A DNA stretch of 64,000 nt. Source: Spirochaetaceae bacterium. GTDB taxonomy: Bacteria > Spirochaetota > Spirochaetia > DSM-2461. Below, piece by piece: positions 51,991 to 60,545 of this stretch; positions within the stretch are counted from its first letter, which is position 1; the number at the start of each line of letters is the position of its first letter. Below the pieces are notes generated by a model. The model was not told the DNA's origin and made no database searches. It was given only the letters and a program-made list of their open reading frames with translations. The position numbers and the translations under genes were made by a program. The stretch covers positions 96,001 to 160,000 of the forward strand of contig JAOPTT010000009.1 in assembly GCA_051531975.1 (NCBI GenBank), in the 5' to 3' direction.

Positions 51991-52791
51991 ATGAAAAAAA
52001 TAAGCATAATAATTTTAACCTCAATATTAAATTTAACCTCTCTTTTTGCTGCTAATAGCGAACTTGAAATAGAGTCTTTAACAGGTATAGATCTTGTTTT
52101 AGTTGAAGCCGGAACCTTCTATATGGGTTCAGAAAATGGTCAAGAAAATGAAAGACCAGTTCATATAGAAACAATATTAAAAGATTATTATATTGGTAAA
52201 TACGAAGTTACTCAGAAACTCTGGCAAAAAGTAATGGGGAATAACCCTTCTCAATTTAAAAATGATAATTCTCCGGTTGAAAAGGTCTCTTGGTATGAGA
52301 CTTTAGAGTTTTGTAATAAACTAAGTGAAATAGAAGGATTAACTCCAGCATACAATTTAGATGACGGACTTAATGATAAAAAGATAACTATAATTCCTAA
52401 TTCCACCGGTTATAGACTACCAACAGAAGTACAATGGGAATATGCGGCCAGAGGTGGAAATAAAAGTCTAAGATTTAAATTTTCTGGTGGCAATAATGTT
52501 AATAACGTTGGATGGTACGAAGGTAATTCTAAAAATATAACTCATCCCGTAGGATCAAAACAACCAAATGAACTTGGAATATATGATATGACTGGAAACG
52601 TATTTGAGTGGTGTTATAATTTCCTTAATTCTTATAAGAGAGGATTTCCAGATAACCCTTTTGACCATGCGATTAGAGGTGGAAGTTGGTACTATCACTC
52701 AAGTTATATGCATGTCTCATTTAGGTTTCCATTTAGTCCCCATGGCAGAGGTAATAACATAGGGTTTCGAATTAGTCGGCCTGTGAACTAG
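51991..52791 (+). CDS. Exported FGE-sulfatase (SUMF1, C-type-lectin fold) domain protein
   Basis: Signal peptide; F.MGS, YEVTQ, PVE.VSW, YRLPTE.QWEYAARGG, N.LG.YDM.GNV.EW, RGGSW, IGFR. Confidence 0.9.
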   Translation: MKKISIIILTSILNLTSLFAANSELEIESLTGIDLVLVEAGTFYMGSENGQENERPVHIETILKDYYIGKYEVTQKLWQKVMGNNPSQFKNDNSPVEKVSWYETLEFCNKLSEIEGLTPAYNLDDGLNDKKITIIPNSTGYRLPTEVQWEYAARGGNKSLRFKFSGGNNVNNVGWYEGNSKNITHPVGSKQPNELGIYDMTGNVFEWCYNFLNSYKRGFPDNPFDHAIRGGSWYYHSSYMHVSFRFPFSPHGRGNNIGFRISRPVN

Positions 52792-52855
52792 TTTAATAAT
52801 AATATATAGGAACTTCAGATTTATTTATGTAAACTTTAAGGCTTAAAACTTATGT

Positions 52856-52917
52856 TATTGATAATATATTAGCGATACTATATTATTGTATTGGTTAATG
52901 GTAATATATTAGCGATA
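52856..52917 (+). promoter_or_regulatory. hipBA promoter with two operator-like repeats
   Basis: TAATATATTAGCGATA at 52862 and 52902 (40-bp period); TTGATA (52858), 17 nt, TATTAT (52881) overlaps the first copy. Confidence 0.75.
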
Positions 52918-52935
52918 GTATAGGGAGGCCATATT

Positions 52936-53235
52936 GTGAGTTTTTCTTTGTTAACAACAACCGAAGTTGCAAAAAACTTATCTTTTAGGCTTAAACAACT
53001 TAGATTATTAAAAAAATGGAAAAGAACGACCCTTGCTAAGCGATCAGGAGTAACTGTATCATCTTTAATAAGGTTTGAGCAGGAATCTAAGATATCTTTA
53101 GACAATTTACTCAAGTTACTATTAGCCCTTGGCAGATTAAATGAGATTGAAAAACTACTTGAGCCACCAAAAGCTATGTCTATTGATGATCTTGATAAGA
53201 AAAACAGTGATCTGTCTAAAAGAGGTTTAATTTGA
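52936..53235 (+). CDS. XRE-family HTH antitoxin (HipB-like)
   Basis: LK.LRL....R..LA.RSGV..SSL.RFE....ISL; GGGAGG SD; 4-nt overlap with the toxin gene. Confidence 0.85.
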   Translation: MSFSLLTTTEVAKNLSFRLKQLRLLKKWKRTTLAKRSGVTVSSLIRFEQESKISLDNLLKLLLALGRLNEIEKLLEPPKAMSIDDLDKKNSDLSKRGLI

Positions 53236-54449
53236 AACGGCTAAAAGTCTATTTAACCTTTAATAAAAATAGTGAAACGCTTGTAGGTGAATTAGCAGAG
53301 AATAATCACACAATATATTTCCAGTATGATTCAAGTTTTGTTGATAGTCCCTATAATTTATCCCCATATAAGCTTCCTCTAACCACTGAACTTATAGAAT
53401 TCAAAGATCTGGATTTTGGTCCTATTTTTGGCCTATTTGATGACTCTCTTCCTGATGGCTGGGGGCTTATGCTTATGGATAGATATCTTAAAAGTAAAGG
53501 GTTCACTATAGAAGAGTTATCTATTTTAGATCGCCTGGCTTTTATTGGAAATAATACTATGGGAGCTTTAACATATAAGCCCGTACTAGAAGTTAAAGCA
53601 GAAAATTCAGATAGTTTTAATCTTCATAATTTATTTATAGAATCACAAAATATTATAACAGGTAAAACTGAAACTGTTTTAGATGAGTTAATGAGAGTTG
53701 GTGGAAGCCCTGGAGGTGCTAGACCAAAAGTTTTAGTTGGTGTTGGTAATAATTGTCTAATTTCAGGCGAGGGGATATTACCTGACATCTATGAACATTG
53801 GATAATAAAATTCTGTGGTCAAGGTGATTTAAAAGAGTCAGGGCTTATAGAGTATGTATACTCGTTTATGGCAAAAGAGTGTGGCATTGATATCCCTGAA
53901 ACTAAGCTATTTACAACCGATAAAGGAGATATCTTTTTTGGTATTAAGCGATTTGATAGAGGGCCCCATAACAGTAGATATCATACACATACATTAGGGA
54001 ATCTTATACATTCTAACTTTAGAATACCCTCTTGTGATTATGAGACATTATTTAAAGTTATAAGTAGTTTAACAAATAACTATCAGGATCTACTTAAAGG
54101 TTTCAGGCAGATGGTTTTTAATGTTTTTACCCATAATAGAGATGACCATGTTAAGAATTTCTCATTTATAATGAACCAGAAAGGGGTGTGGTCTCTATCC
54201 CCAGCATATGATCTAACTTTTTCCAACGGCCCTAGAGGTGAACACTCTATGACCATAGATGGGGAGGGTAAATCTCCAACTATAAATAATATGTTAAATG
54301 TAGGTAAAAATGCAGGAATCAAAAAAAATGATTGTGAAACAATTATAAAACAGATAACCAAGGTAGTATCAAACTGGCCAAAATATGCAAAAAAATATGA
54401 TATTAGTAGTAAAACTATAGATATTATAAGTGGAAAGATTATTAAGTAA
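53232..54449 (+). CDS. hipA: HipA-family serine/threonine kinase toxin
   Basis: DSLPDGWG, MGAL, SPGGARPK, KRFDR, NRDDHVKNFS, LSPAYDL. Confidence 0.92.
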   Translation: MKRLKVYLTFNKNSETLVGELAENNHTIYFQYDSSFVDSPYNLSPYKLPLTTELIEFKDLDFGPIFGLFDDSLPDGWGLMLMDRYLKSKGFTIEELSILDRLAFIGNNTMGALTYKPVLEVKAENSDSFNLHNLFIESQNIITGKTETVLDELMRVGGSPGGARPKVLVGVGNNCLISGEGILPDIYEHWIIKFCGQGDLKESGLIEYVYSFMAKECGIDIPETKLFTTDKGDIFFGIKRFDRGPHNSRYHTHTLGNLIHSNFRIPSCDYETLFKVISSLTNNYQDLLKGFRQMVFNVFTHNRDDHVKNFSFIMNQKGVWSLSPAYDLTFSNGPRGEHSMTIDGEGKSPTINNMLNVGKNAGIKKNDCETIIKQITKVVSNWPKYAKKYDISSKTIDIISGKIIK

Positions 54450-54706
54450 TATTTACACAAAATATAAATAATAATCGGCGATTTTCGATTATTGTAGAGA
54501 TATCTTATTTGACTGGAACAGAAGTGGTGCTAGAGGATTATATACATAATTTTGTGAAATCTTATTTATGTTTTATTGTAATACAATTGTAAATGAATAA
54601 TTTGAACAGCAATATTAAATGTTTGACAAACGTCAAATTTAAAATATATAGTAATTATTATTAAAAAGTAAATTATGTAATATAAAATCCTTTAAGGAAG
54701 TTTATC

Positions 54707-57532
54707 ATGAAAAAAAATCTTTCACTAATTTTTATTTTCTTACTCATTAGTATTTCTTTATATTGTCAAGAACCACCTAGTAACGCTATTTTAAGACCGA
54801 ATCTTTCAATGCATTCATCTAGAATTTCAAGAATTGATACTAATGGACAATTTATTGTAACTGCTTCTGACGATAAAACAGCTAAGTTATGGGATGGGGA
54901 AACAGGAGAATACATAAGGACATTTAGAGTTCCAATCGATCAGGGGCGTGTTGGTGAAATTTATGCATGTGCAATTTCTCCAGATGGAAACACCGTAGTA
55001 GTCGCAGGTTATTCTGAATTTGATACAATATACTTTTTTAATACTTATACGGGTAAAATGATAAGTAAAATAGATGGTATGGGTAATGTTATTAAAGATT
55101 TAGAGTATTCAAAAGATGGAAGATATATTGCAGCGGCAATACATGGTAAAAATGATGTTAGAATATTTTCTGCAACAACGCTCAAACTTTATAAATCCTT
55201 AAGTGGAAATGAAGCGTCAATAATTAATGTTGATTTTGATAATACAGGTCGATTTGCAACAGTATCTGATGATAGGTATATCAGACTATATGATAAAAAT
55301 TTCAATCTATTAAAAAAAATAATTACTACAGGGGGTAATGAACCTTCAAGCATATCATTCTCCCCAGTAGGGGGAAAAATAGCTATAGGTTATTTTGATT
55401 CATCAAAGATACAAGTGTTAGATAGTCTAAGTTTAAAATTACTTTATGAACCAGATAATAGTAAAACATATAGGGATTCAGCATTTTCGGTTGTGTGTTG
55501 GTCAACAGATGGGGAATTTCTATTTGCTGGAGGTACACATAATAAAGTTATTGATAGCGAAAGGGTCTATTATATTAGAAAATATAATGATGGAGGAAAA
55601 GGTCCATGGGTCGATTTTAAAACTAGTTATAACACTATAAAAGAAATTAAATTAATATTTAATGATATTGTATTTGCAACAACTAAACCTAACATGGGAA
55701 GGATGGATTATTACGGAAATGTTAAATATGATAATTTAGCAAATATTTTAAATTTTAATAATTATCAAGATAAGTTCTTTAGCTTATATCCTAATAGCAT
55801 AAGTTTTGGACCTCGTGGCATCAGAAATTATACCTTCAATGTTAAAGACCAAAAATTAAGTTTAGGTAATAATGGAGGGAATTTACCCAAAAGTAGTAAA
55901 AATAGTATATCAATAACTAATTGGAGAGATCAGACACATCCTAAAATAAATGGTAAAAGGATTACTTTTCAAAAAAAATATGAAATATTTCGAAATGTTT
56001 CAATTACTGATAAAGATACTATTATATGGGGTACTTCTTGGAATATATATCACACAGATAAAGAGGGAAACCTCCTATGGAAAAAAGCTTCAAATGGTGA
56101 GGCTTTTGGAGTTAATACTCTAGATAATATTGTCGTTGTATCTTCAGCTAATGGAACCATTAGTTGGTATAGGTTATCTGATGGTAAAGAACTTATGACA
56201 CTTCTAGTAAACAATGATATGAAGCGTTGGGTCTTATGGACACCTGAAGGTTATTTTACATGTTCTCCCGGAGGACAAGATCTTATTGGTTGGCATAAAA
56301 ATAATGGAGTAGATCATGAGGCAGACTTCTTTCCTGCTTCTAGATTTGCTGAGAGATTTTATAGACCAGATATTCTATCACTTGTGCTTAAAGCTATGGA
56401 TACCACAAAGGCAATAGTACAGGCAAATTCCATTAAAAATATAAAAGTTGTTCACACAATAAATGATAGTTTACCTCCAGTTGTTCAAATATTAGATCCC
56501 TCTAGTGGAGTTATTTCTAAATCTAAAGATATTTCCTTCACTGTTTCAATAAAATCATTTGAAAATTCTCCAGTTACAGAGACTAAAATATTATTAAATG
56601 GTCGAATTTATGAAGGTGGAGAAAGAGGGTTTATTGTAAAGGCACGAGATGACATTAATAAAAGTTATAATGTCAGTTTAGAGCCTGGCGAAAATAAAGT
56701 ATCCTTCTTAGCTAAAAATAATAGTGGGTGGAGTGAAGCTTCAACTGTAAATGTAATATATAAATATAATAAAAAGAATATAAATGATAAACCAAAGTTA
56801 TATATTCTCGCAGTTGGTGTATCAGATTACGCAGATAGAGCTTTAAAACTAAAATACCCTGCTAAAGATGCTAATGACTTTACCAATGTTATGATGAAAC
56901 AGATAGACAAAGTTTATAGTGGCGTCGAAACTAAATTAATAACGAATGCGAAAGCAACAAAAGATAACATCTTAGATGGGTTAGACTGGATTCAAAAAGA
57001 GACCACATCAAAAGATATTGCCATGATTTTTGTTGCAGGACATGGAATGAATGATGAATCAGGTTATCTTTATTATCTTCCTCAGGATGTTGAATTAGAT
57101 AGATTAAGAAGAACAGGACTACCAGCAGAAGAAATAACTAGAACAATCTCTTCTATTCAAGGGAAAGTTATTTATTTTATGGATACTTGTCACAGTGGTA
57201 ATTTGAAAATTAAAGGAAAAGAAGATGTATTAGTAGATACAACAAAAGTTGTTATAGAACTTACAAGTGCAGAAAATGGAGCAATTATATTTGCTTCTTC
57301 AACTGGAAGGCAATATTCTCTTGAGAGTGATAAATGGCAAAATGGAGCTTTTACTAAAGCACTCGTAGAAGGTTTAAGTGGAAAAGCTGATTATACAGGT
57401 AGAGGAAATATTTCTTTTTTAATGCTAGATTTATATTTATCTGAGAGAGTTAAAGAGTTAACGGGTGGATCTCAAACTCCTACCTCAGCAAAACCTGACA
57501 TGATTAGTGATTTCTCATTGGCTATTAAATAA
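54707..57532 (+). CDS. Exported WD40 + Ig-like + caspase (peptidase C14) protein
   Basis: Signal peptide; TASDDKTAKLWD and further WD40 repeats; LYILAVGVSDY, A.DA, AGHG (His), DTCHSG (Cys), NGAFT.AL, Q.P. Confidence 0.9.
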   Translation: MKKNLSLIFIFLLISISLYCQEPPSNAILRPNLSMHSSRISRIDTNGQFIVTASDDKTAKLWDGETGEYIRTFRVPIDQGRVGEIYACAISPDGNTVVVAGYSEFDTIYFFNTYTGKMISKIDGMGNVIKDLEYSKDGRYIAAAIHGKNDVRIFSATTLKLYKSLSGNEASIINVDFDNTGRFATVSDDRYIRLYDKNFNLLKKIITTGGNEPSSISFSPVGGKIAIGYFDSSKIQVLDSLSLKLLYEPDNSKTYRDSAFSVVCWSTDGEFLFAGGTHNKVIDSERVYYIRKYNDGGKGPWVDFKTSYNTIKEIKLIFNDIVFATTKPNMGRMDYYGNVKYDNLANILNFNNYQDKFFSLYPNSISFGPRGIRNYTFNVKDQKLSLGNNGGNLPKSSKNSISITNWRDQTHPKINGKRITFQKKYEIFRNVSITDKDTIIWGTSWNIYHTDKEGNLLWKKASNGEAFGVNTLDNIVVVSSANGTISWYRLSDGKELMTLLVNNDMKRWVLWTPEGYFTCSPGGQDLIGWHKNNGVDHEADFFPASRFAERFYRPDILSLVLKAMDTTKAIVQANSIKNIKVVHTINDSLPPVVQILDPSSGVISKSKDISFTVSIKSFENSPVTETKILLNGRIYEGGERGFIVKARDDINKSYNVSLEPGENKVSFLAKNNSGWSEASTVNVIYKYNKKNINDKPKLYILAVGVSDYADRALKLKYPAKDANDFTNVMMKQIDKVYSGVETKLITNAKATKDNILDGLDWIQKETTSKDIAMIFVAGHGMNDESGYLYYLPQDVELDRLRRTGLPAEEITRTISSIQGKVIYFMDTCHSGNLKIKGKEDVLVDTTKVVIELTSAENGAIIFASSTGRQYSLESDKWQNGAFTKALVEGLSGKADYTGRGNISFLMLDLYLSERVKELTGGSQTPTSAKPDMISDFSLAIK

Positions 57533-57565
57533 TTAAGAGTTATTTCAAATACAAAATATTTAATA

Positions 57566-58708
57566 TTAAAGAGATAACTCAATAATTTGATATAACTCAT
57601 CTTCAGTTAACAGTATTGTATTACCCTTCATGGAACTAGAATCCTTAGACATTAAAACAATGTTATCTATATCCTCTTTCTTAATTCCAAACTTACTTAG
57701 ATTAGGGATATTAAGTTCCTTTGTTAGGTCTTCTACTATTTTTATTGCTAAGTTAGGATCATCATGTCCTGTTAAGATGGTTGCAAGTTCCTTAAACTTA
57801 TTTAATTGCTGCACTGTTCCACGTTTTATAACAGCATAGTAGTTAACTTTTAATACCCTAGGTAGAAGAATTGCACAAATTAGACCATGGGGAATGTTAT
57901 ATAGACCTCCCATTGGACCTGCAAAACCGTGAACTGCACCTAGTTTTGCATTTGCTAAGGCTAAGCCACCAATTAGACTAACATAAGACATATCTTCTCT
58001 AGCTTTTAAGTCCTGAAGGTTCTTATTTAGGTCTTTAAGAGCTGGAACCGCTTTTAATATAGCATCTTTACAAAGTAGGTCAGTAAAGTGATTACTCTGG
58101 TTAGATAAATAAGGTTCAATTACCTGGGTTAATGCATCCATCCCTGTGTAGAAAGTTACATCTTTTGGAACTGTTAGCGTTAGTTCTGGATCAATTATAA
58201 CAATCTCTGGGATCATGAATGGACTTCGCATACTTACTTTTCTATTGTGCTCCACAGATTTTAACACAGAGTTTTTGGTAACCTCTGAACCAGTACCAGA
58301 AGTTGTTGGAACAGCAATGCAAGGAATTGACGGATCGTATAAAGTTTGACCACCACCTATAACTTCTAAGTAGTCTAAAACAGTTCCTGGGTTTAAAAGC
58401 ATGATACTAACAGCTTTAGCTGTATCAATAACACTTCCTCCACCTAAAGCTAAAACCAAGTCTGTTGATTTTGATCTTGCTAGATCTACTGCAGTATCAA
58501 CATCTTCAATTAGAGGTTCCTGGCCTACATTAAAAACAGTGCATTTAATACCGTTCTCTTCTAGGTTATCTAGAATGTAAGTAAACCTATTAGATTTACC
58601 TGTAATTACTATAATATTATCTGTTAATGGTTTTATTATATTTAATAACTCTTTAACTTTACCTGAGCCAAAGATTATTTTTGCTGGGCTTTCAAAATTA
58701 AAGTTCAT
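57566..58708 (-). CDS. Iron-containing alcohol dehydrogenase
   Basis: GGGSVID.AK, PTTSGTGSEVT, DP.LT, GMDALTQ, LGAVHG.A, HG..CA. Start MNFNF at 58708. Confidence 0.92.
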   Translation of the reverse strand: MNFNFESPAKIIFGSGKVKELLNIIKPLTDNIIVITGKSNRFTYILDNLEENGIKCTVFNVGQEPLIEDVDTAVDLARSKSTDLVLALGGGSVIDTAKAVSIMLLNPGTVLDYLEVIGGGQTLYDPSIPCIAVPTTSGTGSEVTKNSVLKSVEHNRKVSMRSPFMIPEIVIIDPELTLTVPKDVTFYTGMDALTQVIEPYLSNQSNHFTDLLCKDAILKAVPALKDLNKNLQDLKAREDMSYVSLIGGLALANAKLGAVHGFAGPMGGLYNIPHGLICAILLPRVLKVNYYAVIKRGTVQQLNKFKELATILTGHDDPNLAIKIVEDLTKELNIPNLSKFGIKKEDIDNIVLMSKDSSSMKGNTILLTEDELYQIIELSL

Positions 58709-59009
58709 AGTTTGTATCCTTAGTATATATTTGTGAATATTTTTCATTAGTTCGTGGTTTTTCCATCATATCAGCAACAGTATCTCTCCACTTTTTATAA
58801 TGTTCTGTTTCTTTATGAAGTGCTGGTGCATCTAATGTTTTGTAGACTTCAACTAACATAAATTGCTTAGGGTCAGCAATATTTTGTATAATGTCAAAAC
58901 GAATAATTCCATCCTCTTTATTACTTCCATTAGCATTCTCGACTGATGCATTAATAAAATCCTGAATGTTTTCCTCTTTTACGTATACTTTTACATTTAC
59001 TGTTAACAT
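58698..59009 (-). CDS. Antibiotic-biosynthesis-monooxygenase / LsrG-like protein
   Basis: E.G..RFD, F.L.EVY, HKET.HY..WRD.V..MM..PR. Confidence 0.85.
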   Translation of the reverse strand: MLTVNVKVYVKEENIQDFINASVENANGSNKEDGIIRFDIIQNIADPKQFMLVEVYKTLDAPALHKETEHYKKWRDTVADMMEKPRTNEKYSQIYTKDTNYEL

Positions 59010-59159
59010 ATAATTATCCTTTTTATCTATGTGTAGTTTAATTATGAAGTATTATTCTTTAAAAAAAAAGATTAACATAAAATTATATAGAAAATTATCA
59101 TGGTTGTAATTACTTAACCTATATGGTATTTCTATCAGAACTTAAGGAGATAGTGTTAT

Positions 59160-60488
59160 ATGAGTCATGATAAACATATTTTTAAAGGCGATTTCCCTTT
59201 TTCAGTCAAAAAAATACCATTTTATTATGGTTGGATTATATTAGTTGCAGGTGCTTTAGGTATACTGTTCAGTATCCCAGGTCAAACTATGGGTGTCTCT
59301 GTTTATACTGATCATTTAATTAAAAACTTAACTTTAACAAGAATTCAAATATCTACAGCATATATGATAGGAACATTAGCAAGTGCTCTTGTTATGACTA
59401 ATGCAGGACTTTTTTACGATAAATACGGAGCAAGAATAACTGCAGCTGGAGCCTCATTTTTTCTCGGGTTATGTATAATTTTCCTTTCTAAATCAGTAGT
59501 TATTACAGGATTTATATATAATTTAACAAAACTTCCACCACAGGGAATAGCTTTTGTTTTAATGGTTTTAGGTTTTTTTGGTATACGTTTTTTTGGTCAA
59601 GGTGTATTAACCTTAGTATCCCGTGGAATGGTCATGAGATGGTTTGATAAACATAGAGGTTTTGCAGCAGCTATAATGGGTATCTTTACGTCTTTTGGAT
59701 TCTCATATGCTCCAAGGATTTTACAAGCTTTAATTGATATGTCTAGTTGGGAAAAGTCTTGGTTAATTATAGGTATTGTTTTAATGGTAGCTGTTCTTCC
59801 TTTTATACTTTTAATTTTTAGGGACAGCCCTGAAGATTGTGATATCGAGATGGAAGCTGGTGTTAAAATTAAAACAGGGAGTAAACATAAAAAGGCTGAA
59901 GTAGAGAAGAATTTTACATTAGCACAGGCTAAAAAAGACCCACAGTTATGGTTTTATTTGGCAATCTTATTTTTCTGGGCAATGTATAATACAGCTTTTA
60001 CATTCCATGTTACATCTATTTTTGGAGCCTTAGGTAAAAGTCCGTTACAAGCGGTGGCAATATTTTTACCAATATCAATAATATCCGTAATAGCACGGTT
60101 TTTAGGTAGTTGGTTAAGTGATATTATTAAAATGAAATATATCTACTTTTCACTAATTATCTTTACATTTTTAGCATCTTTCTCGGTAGCAATACCATTT
60201 AATTCTGTAACAAATATACTTCTTATAGTTGGTATGGGAATGGCTTCGGGGATATTTGGAGTTGTTACATCTGTTACTTGGCCAAAATTATATGGAAGGG
60301 AACATTTAGGTGCGATTTCAGGCTTGGCAATGAGCTTTATGGTTGCAGGAAGTGCTGTTGGACCCTGGATGTTTAGTTTAATGGAAAGTATTTGGGGACA
60401 TTATAGATATACAGGTGTTGTTGGTATGGCTATGGTCTTAATAATTGGTCTTACTAGTCTACCTATAATATTGAAATCTGATTCATAA
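59160..60488 (+). CDS. MFS transporter
   Basis: FYYGW, PGQT, D.YG.R, WF...RG.A, YGR.HLG.I.G; about 12 TMs. Confidence 0.9.
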   Translation: MSHDKHIFKGDFPFSVKKIPFYYGWIILVAGALGILFSIPGQTMGVSVYTDHLIKNLTLTRIQISTAYMIGTLASALVMTNAGLFYDKYGARITAAGASFFLGLCIIFLSKSVVITGFIYNLTKLPPQGIAFVLMVLGFFGIRFFGQGVLTLVSRGMVMRWFDKHRGFAAAIMGIFTSFGFSYAPRILQALIDMSSWEKSWLIIGIVLMVAVLPFILLIFRDSPEDCDIEMEAGVKIKTGSKHKKAEVEKNFTLAQAKKDPQLWFYLAILFFWAMYNTAFTFHVTSIFGALGKSPLQAVAIFLPISIISVIARFLGSWLSDIIKMKYIYFSLIIFTFLASFSVAIPFNSVTNILLIVGMGMASGIFGVVTSVTWPKLYGREHLGAISGLAMSFMVAGSAVGPWMFSLMESIWGHYRYTGVVGMAMVLIIGLTSLPIILKSDS

Positions 60489-60545
60489 AATATTTTTTTA
60501 AAATTTTGATGTGCAAACTGAACTAAGGGGAATTATAATAATTAT

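Noticed and set aside
54450..54600. Hairpin AATAATCG/CGATTATT and a more GC-rich patch after hipA as a gene remnant, att site or sRNA
   Set aside because: The stem is weak, no reading frame gives a recognisable peptide, and I found no matching repeat on the other side of hipBA.
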